From an uncultured delta proteobacterium (GTDB taxonomy: Bacteria; Desulfobacterota; Binatia; UBA9968), in NCBI GenBank assembly GCA_963745035.1, contig CAVUVW010000021.1:288001-352000 (forward strand): a DNA stretch of 64,000 bases, given 5' to 3'. Position numbers and translations under genes: made by a program. Of the stretch, positions 22,232-32,413 are shown piece by piece (the first letter of the stretch is position 1; each line of letters opens with the position of its first letter). Under the pieces are notes generated by a model. It saw nothing but the letters and a program-made list of their open reading frames with translations, had not been told where the DNA came from and ran no database searches.

Positions 22232-23299
22232 GTGAAGCCCAATATCAAAGATTTGAGCTTCAAGGATCTGGCGGCGTTTCTCGCTGAACGCAACCATCCC
22301 GCTTACCGCGCCGGGCAGATCCGTCAGTGGTTGTTTCAAAAGCGCGCCACTGCGTTCACTGAAATGACCAACCTGTCGCGCTCATTGCGCGAGCAGCTTG
22401 AGGAAAATTTCACCATCAGCCGGCTTAAAGTCTTGCGCCGGGAAGAGGCGCGCGACGGCACGGTCAAGTTTCTTTTCGGTTTGAGCGACGGCGAGAGCAT
22501 CGAGAGCGTGCTGATTCCTGAAGCGCGGCGCCTGACTCTGTGCATCTCCACCCAGGCGGGCTGCGGCTTTGGCTGCGCGTTTTGCGCCACCGCGGTGCTC
22601 GGACTCAAGCGCAACTTGACCGCGAGCGAGATCGTCGATCAGGTCATCGAAGCAAGCCGCGATTTACTCAGCGGCTCGCGAATTACCCATGTCGTCTTGA
22701 TGGGCATGGGCGAGCCGCTGGCCAATTATGCCCAGACCACGAGCGCCATCGAGATCATCACCGCCGGTGAGTGGGGGCTCGGCATCTCGCCACGGCGTGT
22801 GACTCTCTCCACGGTCGGCCTGGTACCGCAAATCGAAAAGTTGATGGAAGAAACGCGGGTCAATTTGGCGATCTCGCTGCATGCGCCGACCAATGAGCTG
22901 CGTGCCGAATTGATGCCGGTCAATCGCAAATATTCACTCGAGCAGCTGCTCGAGTGTTGCCGCAAGCTGCCGCTGCCGCGGCGCAAGCGCATTACCTTCG
23001 AATACGTGCTGCTCGGCGGCGTCAACGATTCCGAAGCGCAGGCGCGCCAGCTCGCGCGCGTGCTGCGCGGCATTCCGAGCAAGGTCAACGTGATTCCTTT
23101 CAATCCTCATCCCGGCAGCAAGTTTTTCCGGCCGGCGCCGGAGCAGATCGAGAGTTTTCAGGAAATCCTGCGCGCCGAGGGTGTGCAGGTGAACGTGCGC
23201 CGCCCGCGCGGCGACGACATCCAGGCGGCCTGCGGGCAGCTTCAGGGTGAAGAGGCGGGGCGGATGCGGCGCGGCGGAATCGCCGCCGAAGCGCTCTGA
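22232..23299 (+). CDS. rlmN: 23S rRNA/tRNA m2A methyltransferase RlmN (start approximate)
   Basis: CGFGCAFC radical SAM motif, MGMGEPL, SLHAP, AACGQL. Confidence 0.95.
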   Translation: MKPNIKDLSFKDLAAFLAERNHPAYRAGQIRQWLFQKRATAFTEMTNLSRSLREQLEENFTISRLKVLRREEARDGTVKFLFGLSDGESIESVLIPEARRLTLCISTQAGCGFGCAFCATAVLGLKRNLTASEIVDQVIEASRDLLSGSRITHVVLMGMGEPLANYAQTTSAIEIITAGEWGLGISPRRVTLSTVGLVPQIEKLMEETRVNLAISLHAPTNELRAELMPVNRKYSLEQLLECCRKLPLPRRKRITFEYVLLGGVNDSEAQARQLARVLRGIPSKVNVIPFNPHPGSKFFRPAPEQIESFQEILRAEGVQVNVRRPRGDDIQAACGQLQGEEAGRMRRGGIAAEAL

Positions 23300-23305
23300 C
23301 GGCGC

Positions 23306-24167
23306 ATGACATCACCTATGATCGGCGTAATCGGCGGCAGCGGCCTATACCAGATGGCCGGGCTCGATAGAGTCCGCGAAGTGAGCGTTGCCACGCCCTT
23401 TGGCAAGCCTTCGGACAGGCTGATTCGCGGCCAGCTCGGCAAAACCGAACTGATTTTCTTGCCGCGCCACGGCAAGGGCCATCGCTGGCTCCCCACCGAA
23501 GTAAATTTTCGCGCCAATATTTTTGCGCTGAAAAAGCTCGGCGTGGAACGGATTATTTCGGTCAGCGCGGTCGGCAGTTTGCGTGAGGAGATCGCGCCCG
23601 GACACGTCGTCGTGCCGGATCAATTTATCGATCGCACGACCCAACGGCCGAGCACTTTTTTCGGCAAGGGCATCGTCGCGCACGTGAGCCTGGCTGAGCC
23701 GTTTTGCAAGCATCTTGCCGGCGTGCTGGTCGAAGCGGCTCGAACCGAAAAATCCACCGTCCATGCCGGCGGAACCTATCTCTGCATGGAGGGGCCGCAG
23801 TTTTCGACCCGGGCCGAATCGCATCTTTACCGGAGCTGGAATGCGCACGTGATCGGCATGACCAATCTGCAGGAGGCCAAGCTCGCGCGTGAGGCGGAAA
23901 TCTGCTTCAGCACCTTGGCGCTCGCCACCGATTACGATTGCTGGAACGAGAGCGCCGGCGACGTCGAAATCGAGCACGTGCTCGCCGTGCTCAAGAACAA
24001 CGTGGAGCTGGCTCAGCGAACTATCCGGCGGGCTGTCGGCAGGGTTGGGCGAGGCGCGTACCTGTGCCTGTGCCTCGGCGTTGAAGGATGCTATCATCAC
24101 GGAACGTTCGCGCATCCCGAAAAAACTGCGGGCGGACTTGCGCCCGATCATTGGAAAATATCTATGA
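23306..24167 (+). CDS. mtnP: S-methyl-5'-thioadenosine phosphorylase (apparent +1 frameshift near 24042)
   Basis: GVIGGSG, PRHG, EGPQFSTRAES, GMT, TDYDCW; C-terminus continues in ORF ending 24167. Confidence 0.9.
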
Positions 24168-25069
24168 GCGTACTCGTCGTCGGCACAGTGGCTTTTGACT
24201 CGATTGAAACCCCGTTCGGTTCGGCCGAGCGGATCCTCGGCGGCTCGGCGGCCTATTTTGCGCTGGGAGCGAGCTTCTTCGCTCCGGTGCGCGTGGTCGG
24301 AGTGATCGGCGAGGACTTTCCCCAGGATTATATCGATGTCTTCACCCAGAGAAAGATCGATCTCGAAGGCCTCGAGCGGGCGCAGGGAGATACCTTCCAC
24401 TGGCGCGGCCGCTATCATGAAGACATCAACTTGCGCGATACCGTCGAGCTTCATTTGAACGTCCTGGCCGGCTTTCAGCCCAAGCTGCCGGAATCCTATC
24501 GTGATGCCGAATACGTTTTCCTTGGCAATATCGATCCGGCCATGCAGATGGAAGTGCTCAATCAGCTCCGCCGCCTGAAGCTGGTCGCCTGCGACACGAT
24601 GGACCACTGGATTCGCGAGAGCCCGCAGGAGCTCAGAAAGGTGCTGGAGCGCATCGAAATCCTGGTCGTCAACGACTCCGAGGCGCGGCTCTTGAGCGGC
24701 AACGAAAACATCGTCAAGGCGGCGCGGGCGATCCTCAAGATGGGTCCGAAGATGGTGCTGATCAAGCGCGGCGAGTACGGCGTGCTGCAATTTTCCGATT
24801 CGTCCATGTTCGCCACCCCAGCCTACCCGCTAGAGGAAGTTTTCGATCCGACCGGCGCCGGCGACTCGTTCGCCGGCGGCTTCATGGGCCAGCTCGCCCG
24901 CTCGGGCGATCAAAGCCAGGGCGGCTTGCGCCGCGCGATCGTCTACGGCACGGTGGTGGCGTCCTTCACCGTCGAGGATTTTGGCGTCAAGCGCTTGACC
25001 GAGCTCTCCATGGCCGAGGTCGAAGAGCGCTATCGGCGCTTCGTCGAGTTGACTGATTTCCGTTCTTGA
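24164..25069 (+). CDS. PfkB family carbohydrate/nucleoside kinase
   Basis: MSVLVVGTVAFD, GGSAAY, DPTGAGDSFAGG; ATGA overlap with mtnP stop. Confidence 0.9.
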   Translation: MSVLVVGTVAFDSIETPFGSAERILGGSAAYFALGASFFAPVRVVGVIGEDFPQDYIDVFTQRKIDLEGLERAQGDTFHWRGRYHEDINLRDTVELHLNVLAGFQPKLPESYRDAEYVFLGNIDPAMQMEVLNQLRRLKLVACDTMDHWIRESPQELRKVLERIEILVVNDSEARLLSGNENIVKAARAILKMGPKMVLIKRGEYGVLQFSDSSMFATPAYPLEEVFDPTGAGDSFAGGFMGQLARSGDQSQGGLRRAIVYGTVVASFTVEDFGVKRLTELSMAEVEERYRRFVELTDFRS

Positions 25070-25072
25070 GCG

Positions 25073-26026
25073 ATGGAGCTGTCGATCGTACTCCCGGTTT
25101 TCAACGAAGAGGAAAACCTCGAGCCATTGCTCGGCGAGATTCGCCGTGCGCTCGCGCCGGCGACGAAATCCTACGAGATTATCGCGATCGACGACGGCAG
25201 CACGGACGGCACGTTTGCCGTGCTGCGACGCCTATATCGCTGCGATCCCGCTCTCCACATCATCCGCCTGAAGCGCAACTTCGGCCAAACCGCCGCTTTG
25301 GCGGCCGGCTTGGCGTACGCTAGCGGCGAGGTCGTCGTGCTGATGGACGGCGATGGTCAGAACGATCCGGCCGACATACCGGCGCTGCTGGCCAAGCTCC
25401 GCGAGGGAAACGATCTGGTGGCGGGCTGGCGCCACGACCGCAAGGACCCGTTTTTCAGCCGGCGTTTGCCTTCAATGATCGCCAACCGTCTGATATCTTG
25501 GACGACAAAAGTGAAATTGCACGATTACGGCTGCACGCTGAAGGCCATGCGCAAGGAGATTGCGAAGGGCTTGCGGCTCTACGGCGAGATGCATCGATTC
25601 ATTCCGGCGATCGCCTACGAGAGAGGCGCGCGGGTGGCCGAGCTCAAGGTCAATCACCGGCCGCGCCTGCGCGGCATATCGAAGTACGGCATGAGCCGAA
25701 CCTTGCGCGTGGCGCTGGATCTGATGACGGTCAAATTTTTGAGCAGCTATTCGACCCGGCCCGCGCACGTGTTCGGGCTCATCGGCGTTGTCAGCGGGCT
25801 CAGCGGATTTGTCATTGCGCTCTATTTGACCATCCAAAAGTTCGCTTATGACGTCGAGCTCGGCAGCCGGCCGCTGCTGCTGCTGGCGATTCTGCTGATC
25901 TTCATTGGCATTCAGTTCGTCACCATGGGACTATTGGGGGAAATGCTGGCGCGGACCTATCATGAGTCCCAGGACCGGTCGGTTTACGTCGTCGGCGAAA
26001 TACTTCAAGGCGGAGGCTCTACATGA
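25073..26026 (+). CDS. GT2 polyprenol-phosphate glycosyltransferase (ArnC/GtrB-like)
   Basis: PVFNEE, DDGSTD, RNFGQTAA, MDGDGQ, two C-terminal TMs. Confidence 0.9.
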   Translation: MELSIVLPVFNEEENLEPLLGEIRRALAPATKSYEIIAIDDGSTDGTFAVLRRLYRCDPALHIIRLKRNFGQTAALAAGLAYASGEVVVLMDGDGQNDPADIPALLAKLREGNDLVAGWRHDRKDPFFSRRLPSMIANRLISWTTKVKLHDYGCTLKAMRKEIAKGLRLYGEMHRFIPAIAYERGARVAELKVNHRPRLRGISKYGMSRTLRVALDLMTVKFLSSYSTRPAHVFGLIGVVSGLSGFVIALYLTIQKFAYDVELGSRPLLLLAILLIFIGIQFVTMGLLGEMLARTYHESQDRSVYVVGEILQGGGST

Positions 26027-27327
26027 ACTTGGCGGTGATTGGCGTCGGGTACGTGGGTTTGGTGGCGGGCACGTGCTTCGCGGAGAGCGGCAACGAAGTG
26101 ATCTGCGTCGATATCGATCAGAAAAAGATCGACATGCTCAAGAGCGGCAAGGTGCCGATCTATGAGCCGGGCCTCGAAGAAATGGTCCGGCGCAACGCCG
26201 CGGAGCAGCGCCTGCTCTTCAGCACCGACGTCGCGGCGGCGATCAAGAAATCGCCGATCATCTTTATCGCCGTCGGTACTCCTCAGGGCGAGAAAGGCAA
26301 CGCCAATCTCGCCTACGTGCGGGCGACCGCCGAGAGCATCGGCAAGGCGATGGATTCCTTCCGCGTGGTCGTGATCAAGAGCACGGTTCCGGTCGGCACC
26401 GCCGATCAAGTGAAGCGCTGGATCGGCGCCGAGACCCAACAGCCCTTTGCGGTGGTTTCCAATCCGGAATTTCTGAAAGAAGGCGCCGCCGTGGAAGACT
26501 TTATGAAACCCGATCGGGTCGTGCTCGGCGGCGATCATGCCGATGCGCTGGCGGCGGTGCAGGAGCTTTATGAGCCGTTTGTTCGCACCGGCAATCCGAT
26601 CCTGACGATGGACAGCCGCAGCGCCGAGATGAGCAAGTACGCTTCCAACGCCATGCTGGCCACCAAGATTTCCTTCATCAACGAGGTGTCCCGGCTTTGC
26701 GAGCACATGAACGCCGATATCGGCGAGGTGCGGCGCGCGATCAGCCTGGACCGTCGCATCGGTCCGCATTTTATTTTCCCGGGCGTCGGTTACGGCGGTT
26801 CCTGTTTTCCGAAAGACATCCGGGCAATGATCGGCATGGGCGGCGACGAACCGGAGATGGTTTTGCTCAAGTCGGTCGAGGCGGTGAACGAGCGGCAAAA
26901 GGGTTTGTTGGTAGAAAAGGTCAAGCGCCACTTCGGCGCCGAGTTGTCCAACTTGACGTTGGCCGTTTGGGGACTGGCGTTCAAGCCGAGAACCGATGAT
27001 ATGCGCGACGCTCCGGCGATTACGGTCATCGAATCCCTGCTGCAGGCGGGCACGCGGGTGCAGGCGTTTGATCCCGAGGCGATGGAGGAGGCGAGAAAGA
27101 TTTTCGGTGATCGGATCCAGTATACGCACCGCAACTACGACGCGCTTCACGGCGCATCGGGACTGCTCATTCTCACCGAATGGAATGAATTTCGCCGGCC
27201 GGATTTCGCGCGCATCAAGGGCTTGCTGCGCCAGCCGGTGATTTTCGACGGGCGCAACATTTACGATGCCGCCGACCTGCAGAAGCTTGGCTTTACCTAC
27301 TACTCGATAGGACGAAACCATGGCTAG
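26023..27327 (+). CDS. ugd: UDP-glucose 6-dehydrogenase
   Basis: [30 protein letters not shown]. Confidence 0.95.
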   Translation: MNLAVIGVGYVGLVAGTCFAESGNEVICVDIDQKKIDMLKSGKVPIYEPGLEEMVRRNAAEQRLLFSTDVAAAIKKSPIIFIAVGTPQGEKGNANLAYVRATAESIGKAMDSFRVVVIKSTVPVGTADQVKRWIGAETQQPFAVVSNPEFLKEGAAVEDFMKPDRVVLGGDHADALAAVQELYEPFVRTGNPILTMDSRSAEMSKYASNAMLATKISFINEVSRLCEHMNADIGEVRRAISLDRRIGPHFIFPGVGYGGSCFPKDIRAMIGMGGDEPEMVLLKSVEAVNERQKGLLVEKVKRHFGAELSNLTLAVWGLAFKPRTDDMRDAPAITVIESLLQAGTRVQAFDPEAMEEARKIFGDRIQYTHRNYDALHGASGLLILTEWNEFRRPDFARIKGLLRQPVIFDGRNIYDAADLQKLGFTYYSIGRNHG

Positions 27328-28267
27328 ATATCTCGTGACCGGCGGCGCCGGCTTCATCGGCTCGCACCTGTGTGAGAGCTTCCTTGGCCAGGGGCACGAG
27401 GTGCTCTGCATGGACAACTATTCGACCGGCGCCAAGCAGAACGTCGGCGCCTTTCTCAAAAATCCGCGCTTTCGGTTCATCGATCACAACGTCAGCCGCT
27501 ATATCGAAGTGCCGGAGCCGCTCGATTACATTCTCCACTTCGCCTCGCCGGCAAGCCCGGTGGATTATCTGGAGCTGCCGATCCCGACTCTGAAGGTCGG
27601 CGCCCTGGGCACCCACAACACTTTGGGCCTCGCCAAAGCCAAGGGCGCGGTCTATCTGCTCGCGTCGACCTCCGAAGTGTACGGCGATCCGCTGGTCAGG
27701 CCGCAAACCGAGGAATATTGGGGCAACGTCAATCCGATCGGACCGCGGGGCGTGTACGATGAAGCCAAGCGCTTCGCCGAAGCGATGACCATGGCCTATC
27801 ATCGCTATCACGGGCTCGACACGCGCATTGTGCGAATCTTCAACACCTACGGCCCGCGCATGCGCTTGCACGACGGCCGGGTGGTGCCGAACTTTATCAT
27901 GCAGGCGCTCAAGGGCGAGCCGCTCACCGTCTACGGCCAAGGCCAGCAGACGAGAAGCTTTCAGTACGTCGACGATCTGGTCGACGGGCTCAACAAGCTG
28001 CTCACCACCGATCATCATCTGCCGGTCAATATCGGCAATCCGCACGAGATGACCGTGCTCGAATTCGCCGAGCGCATCATCAAGCTCACCAAATCGAAGA
28101 GCAAGATCGTTTACAAGCCGCTGCCCGAAGACGATCCGCAGGTGCGCCAGCCCGATATCGCCAAAGCCCGGAAAATTCTCGGCTGGGAGCCCAAGGTCGA
28201 GCTGGAAGAGGGGCTGGCGAAAACCATCGAATATTTCCGCGCCCGCCTGATGGAGCAAAAAACGTGA
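27320..28267 (+). CDS. uxs: UDP-glucuronate decarboxylase (UDP-xylose synthase)
   Basis: [40 protein letters not shown]. Confidence 0.9.
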   Translation: MARYLVTGGAGFIGSHLCESFLGQGHEVLCMDNYSTGAKQNVGAFLKNPRFRFIDHNVSRYIEVPEPLDYILHFASPASPVDYLELPIPTLKVGALGTHNTLGLAKAKGAVYLLASTSEVYGDPLVRPQTEEYWGNVNPIGPRGVYDEAKRFAEAMTMAYHRYHGLDTRIVRIFNTYGPRMRLHDGRVVPNFIMQALKGEPLTVYGQGQQTRSFQYVDDLVDGLNKLLTTDHHLPVNIGNPHEMTVLEFAERIIKLTKSKSKIVYKPLPEDDPQVRQPDIAKARKILGWEPKVELEEGLAKTIEYFRARLMEQKT

Positions 28268-29190
28268 AGATTCTCGTCACCGGCGGCGCGGGATTCATCG
28301 GCTCGAACATCGTCGATGCCTATCTCGAGCGCGGCCACGAAGTGCATGTTCTCGACGACCTCTCCACCGGGCAACGGAGCAATCTCGACTCGCGCGCGAA
28401 GCTGCACGAAATCGATATCGCCAGCCCGGAAGCGGCGCGGCTGGTCGAGAGCATCAAGCCCGAGGTCTTGAGCCATCACGCGGCGCAGATGGACGTGCGC
28501 CACTCGGTGGCGGACCCGTGCTTCGATGCACGGGTCAATATTCTCGGCTTTATCAATCTGCTGGAAGGGGCGAAAAGCGCCGGCGTCAAAAAAGTGATCT
28601 TCGCTTCTTCGGGAGGCGCGGTGTACGGCGAGCAGGATGTGTTCCCCGCCGACGAAGAGCACGCGACCCGGCCGACAAGTCCCTACGGCGTGAGCAAACG
28701 GTCCGGCGAGCTGTATCTTTCTTATTATCAGCAGGCCTTCGGCCTGCCGTACATCGCGCTCCGCTACGCCAACATTTACGGCCCGCGCCAATCGGCCAAA
28801 GGCGAAGCCGGCGTGGTGGCGATTTTCCTGTCGCTGCTGCTTGGCGGGAAAATTCCGGTGATCAACGGCGACGGCGGGCAGACACGGGATTACGTGTACG
28901 TCGGCGACGTGGTCGCCGCCAACGTCGCGGCGCTCGAATCGTCCTTCGTCGGCCCGGTCAACATCGGCACCGGCGTCGAGACCGACGTGGTGCGGCTTTT
29001 TCAGCATCTGCGCGAGGCGGTCGGCAGCCCGATCGAAGCTACGCACGGCCCGGCCAAGCCCGGCGAGCAGCGGCGCAGCTCTCTCGATGCGCGGCGGGCA
29101 GGGGAAGTGCTCGGCTGGCGCCCGCGCATGGTCCTGGCGGACGGGCTGCGGCGCACGGCCGAATATTATCGCGAAACCGCCGGCCGATGA
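28264..29190 (+). CDS. NAD-dependent UDP-sugar 4-epimerase (GalE-like)
   Basis: [31 protein letters not shown]. Confidence 0.88.
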   Translation: MKILVTGGAGFIGSNIVDAYLERGHEVHVLDDLSTGQRSNLDSRAKLHEIDIASPEAARLVESIKPEVLSHHAAQMDVRHSVADPCFDARVNILGFINLLEGAKSAGVKKVIFASSGGAVYGEQDVFPADEEHATRPTSPYGVSKRSGELYLSYYQQAFGLPYIALRYANIYGPRQSAKGEAGVVAIFLSLLLGGKIPVINGDGGQTRDYVYVGDVVAANVAALESSFVGPVNIGTGVETDVVRLFQHLREAVGSPIEATHGPAKPGEQRRSSLDARRAGEVLGWRPRMVLADGLRRTAEYYRETAGR

Positions 29191-30980
29191 CCCTCGATCA
29201 CATCCGAAATTTTTCCATCATCGCGCACATCGATCACGGCAAGTCGACCCTGGCGGACCGGCTGCTCGAGTTTACCGGCGCGGTGAGCGCGCGCGAGAGG
29301 ACCGACCAAATTCTCGACAGCATGGAACTCGAGCGCGAGCGCGGCATCACCATCAAGGCGAGCCCGGTGTGCCTGAGCTACCGGGCCAAGGACGGCAAGG
29401 AGTACAAGCTCAATCTCATCGACACGCCCGGCCACGTCGATTTTACCTATGAAGTCTCGCGCAGCCTGGCTGCCTGCGAGGGCGCGTTGCTGGTGGTGGA
29501 TGCCGCCCAAGGCGTGGAGGCGCAGACCGTCGCTAACGTGCACATGGCGCTGGATCACAATCTGGAAATACTGCCGGTCATCAACAAGATCGACCTGCCC
29601 AGCGCCGAGCCGGAGCGGGTCAAGGGCGAGATCGAAGAGGTGATCGGTCTCGACGCCTCAAGCTCGGTGATGGCCAGCGCCAAAGAGGGCATCGGCACCG
29701 AGGACATTCTCGAAGGTATCATCCGGCACTTTCCACCGCCCACGGGCGATCCCGCGGGGCCGCTGCGCGCGCTTATCGTCGATAGCTGGTTCGATCCCTA
29801 CCACGGCGCCGTTGTCATGACCCGGGTATTCGACGGCACGATAAAAAAGGGAACGCAAATTCGCATGATGGCGAGTGGTAATGCCTTCGAAGTGCTGCGC
29901 GTCGGAGTATTCTCACCCGTGCCCGTCGAGGTGGCGGAGCTGAGAGCCGGCGAGGTCGGTTTTTTCATGGCGGGTATAAAAGAAGTCGCCGAGACGCAGA
30001 TCGGCGACACGGTGACGACCGATGATCGTCCGAGCGATGCACCCTTGCCTGGCTTCAAGCCGATGAAGCCAATGGTCTTCAGCGGGCTCTATCCGACCGA
30101 ATCCGGGCAGTACCAGGCGCTGCGCGATGCATTGGAAAAGCTTCGGCTGAACGATTCATCGTTTACCTATGAGCCGGAGACTTCCCAGGCTTTGGGGTTC
30201 GGCTTTCGCTGTGGGTTTCTCGGCTTGCTTCACATGGACATCGTGCGCGAGCGGCTCGAGCGCGAGTTCGGCCTTAGTCTGATCACCACAGCGGCGACGG
30301 TTATTTACCGCGTCGTGACCATGACCGGTGAAGTCGTCATGATCGATAATCCTGTCAGGCTGCCCAACGAAGGCGAGATCGAGCGAATAGAGGAGCCGGT
30401 GATCCAAGCATCACTCCATCTACCCCAGGAGTTTCTCGGCGGCGTGCTCAAGATCTGCGAAGAAAAGCGCGGTATGCAGAAGGAGATCCGCTATCTCGGC
30501 CCGAAACGCGTGGTGCTGGTCTACGAGTTGCCGCTCAACGAGATTGTGGTAGATTTTTATGATAGGTTGAAGTCGGTCAGCCGCGGCTATGCTTCGATGG
30601 ATTATGAAATCGCCGGCTACCGCGCCGCGGACCTCGTCAAGCTCGACGTGCGCATCAACGGCGACGTGGTCGATGCCATGTCGATGATCGTTCATCGTGA
30701 CAAGGCCTACCACCGCGGCCGCGACCTGGTGCAGAAAATGCGCGAGCTGATTCCCCGGCAGCTTTTCGAGGTGGTGATCCAAGCGGCCATCGGCAGCCGA
30801 GTGATCTCGCGCGAAGCGGTGAAGGCGCTGCGCAAAAACGTGACGGCGAAATGCTACGGCGGGGACATCACCCGCAAACGCAAGCTTCTGGAGCGCCAAA
30901 AGGAAGGCAAGAAGCGCATGAAGCAGGTCGGCAAGGTGGAAATTCCCCAGGAGGCATTTCTCGCCGCCCTGAAAGTGTAG
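29187..30980 (+). CDS. lepA: Elongation factor 4 (LepA)
   Basis: [39 protein letters not shown]; ATGA overlap with upstream gene. Confidence 0.97.
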   Translation: MTLDHIRNFSIIAHIDHGKSTLADRLLEFTGAVSARERTDQILDSMELERERGITIKASPVCLSYRAKDGKEYKLNLIDTPGHVDFTYEVSRSLAACEGALLVVDAAQGVEAQTVANVHMALDHNLEILPVINKIDLPSAEPERVKGEIEEVIGLDASSSVMASAKEGIGTEDILEGIIRHFPPPTGDPAGPLRALIVDSWFDPYHGAVVMTRVFDGTIKKGTQIRMMASGNAFEVLRVGVFSPVPVEVAELRAGEVGFFMAGIKEVAETQIGDTVTTDDRPSDAPLPGFKPMKPMVFSGLYPTESGQYQALRDALEKLRLNDSSFTYEPETSQALGFGFRCGFLGLLHMDIVRERLEREFGLSLITTAATVIYRVVTMTGEVVMIDNPVRLPNEGEIERIEEPVIQASLHLPQEFLGGVLKICEEKRGMQKEIRYLGPKRVVLVYELPLNEIVVDFYDRLKSVSRGYASMDYEIAGYRAADLVKLDVRINGDVVDAMSMIVHRDKAYHRGRDLVQKMRELIPRQLFEVVIQAAIGSRVISREAVKALRKNVTAKCYGGDITRKRKLLERQKEGKKRMKQVGKVEIPQEAFLAALKV

Positions 30981-30992
30981 CGCGCAAATCTT

Positions 30993-31661
30993 ATGGCGCC
31001 GGACAAGGTAAACAAGGTGAAAGATCAAAGCATGACCGATCATCCGGAGACGGAGAAGACCAAGTCGGCGTTTCGCGAGTACGCGGAAGCCATCCTCATG
31101 GCGCTCGTCCTGGCGCTGTTTATCCGGACGTTCATCGTGCAGGCGTTCAAGATTCCTTCAGGTTCGATGATTCCGACCTTGGAGATCGGCGACCATATTC
31201 TCGTCAACAAGCTCGCCTACGGTTTGCGTATACCGTTCCTCGAACGGTATCTCGCGCAGTACGGCGACCCGCAGCGAAACGACGTTGTCGTCTTTATTTA
31301 CCCGGAGGACCGTTCCAAGGATTTCATCAAGCGGGTCATCGCCGTCGCCGGCGACACGGTGGAGCTGCGCGACAAGAAGGTTTTCATCAACGGCAAGCAG
31401 GTGGAGGATTCGCACGGCCATTTCATGGGGTACGATCCGCAGGCTGGGGGGGTGGGCAGCGGCGACGACTACGGTCCGAAAACCGTGCCGCAAAATCACA
31501 TTTTCGTGATGGGCGACAACCGCGATCGCAGCTACGACAGCCGCTTCTGGGGCTTCGTCGATCTGAACGAAGTGCGCGGCAAGGCGTTTTTGATCTACTG
31601 GTCATGGGACGGCACCGACCGCTGGGTGCGCTGGGAGCGGCTCGGCGATTTGATCTACTGA
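30993..31661 (+). CDS. lepB: Signal peptidase I
   Basis: IPSGSM.PTL, FIKRVI, GDNRDRSYDSRFWG. Confidence 0.96.
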   Translation: MAPDKVNKVKDQSMTDHPETEKTKSAFREYAEAILMALVLALFIRTFIVQAFKIPSGSMIPTLEIGDHILVNKLAYGLRIPFLERYLAQYGDPQRNDVVVFIYPEDRSKDFIKRVIAVAGDTVELRDKKVFINGKQVEDSHGHFMGYDPQAGGVGSGDDYGPKTVPQNHIFVMGDNRDRSYDSRFWGFVDLNEVRGKAFLIYWSWDGTDRWVRWERLGDLIY

Positions 31662-31693
31662 GGCGGCGGCGGGAAGAGCTCAAGAGCAAAACG

Positions 31694-31969
31694 ATGAAAA
31701 TTGTTCTGACGGCGTGGTCGGGGTTGATTCTCCTGCTGGTGGTTTTGAATATTCTCATCGCCATGGGCAATCAGTCGATTCAAGCCGAGGTCGCCGAGCG
31801 CCAACAGGACATCGCGCAGACCATCCAACTGGAAACGCTCAATCGCCAGCTCATTACCGTGCTGGCCAATATGGCGCTCAAGACCAACGACGAACGGCTG
31901 AAAAAATTGCTGGCCGAGACCGGCATCAATCTGGATGCGGCGCCCGAAGGAGCGCCGGCGAAGAAGTGA
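31694..31969 (+). CDS. Hypothetical small bitopic protein with coiled-coil
   Basis: 91 aa MKIVLTAWSGLILLLVVLNILIAMG.. then amphipathic helix; C-terminal part of ORF 30851. Confidence 0.75.
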   Translation: MKIVLTAWSGLILLLVVLNILIAMGNQSIQAEVAERQQDIAQTIQLETLNRQLITVLANMALKTNDERLKKLLAETGINLDAAPEGAPAKK

Positions 31970-31975
31970 GGGAGC

Positions 31976-32353
31976 ATGGCGGACGAGATCGAGAGGGTTG
32001 ACGAGGTGGGTCGGCAGGACGAGCCGCCGCCCGCTCCAAGAGCCGGCTCGAGCCTGCCGTTCATGCTCACCTTGACGGCGCTGCTGATTTATTTCGCCTT
32101 TCAGACGCTGCAGCTACTAACCGAGCGGAGCAATCTTGGGATGGTCAAAAGCAACCAGGACGGCGCCATCCAGGAGGCGGAGAAAGTCCAGGCGCAGTTC
32201 AAGACCCTCGTCGGCAAGACCAGCGAGCTCGCCGACCAGGGGCACGCCGGAGCGAAGATGGTGATGGAAGAGCTGTTCAAGCGCGGCGTCGGTTCCGTGC
32301 CGGCCGCGCCCCCGGCCATGCCTCCCGGCGCCGAAACCAAGCCGGCCAAGTGA
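31976..32353 (+). CDS. Hypothetical small bitopic protein with coiled-coil
   Basis: 125 aa, acidic N-tail, single TM, helical region, Pro-rich tail; GAGGGAG RBS. Confidence 0.8.
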   Translation: MADEIERVDEVGRQDEPPPAPRAGSSLPFMLTLTALLIYFAFQTLQLLTERSNLGMVKSNQDGAIQEAEKVQAQFKTLVGKTSELADQGHAGAKMVMEELFKRGVGSVPAAPPAMPPGAETKPAK

Positions 32354-32413
32354 TCCGCCGATTCCGGCCCTTCAAACATTCCCCCGGTCATTTACTCGCG
32401 AAGAGGATTTGTC

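Noticed and set aside
23306-25069. Apparent MTAP-PfkB fusion protein (587 aa)
   Set aside because: Created by one extra G near 24042; the true mtnP C-terminus ends at 24167 and overlaps the pfkB ATG
28518-29186. N-terminally extended LepA (820 aa)
   Set aside because: The extension is an off-frame read of the epimerase gene; LepA starts at 29187
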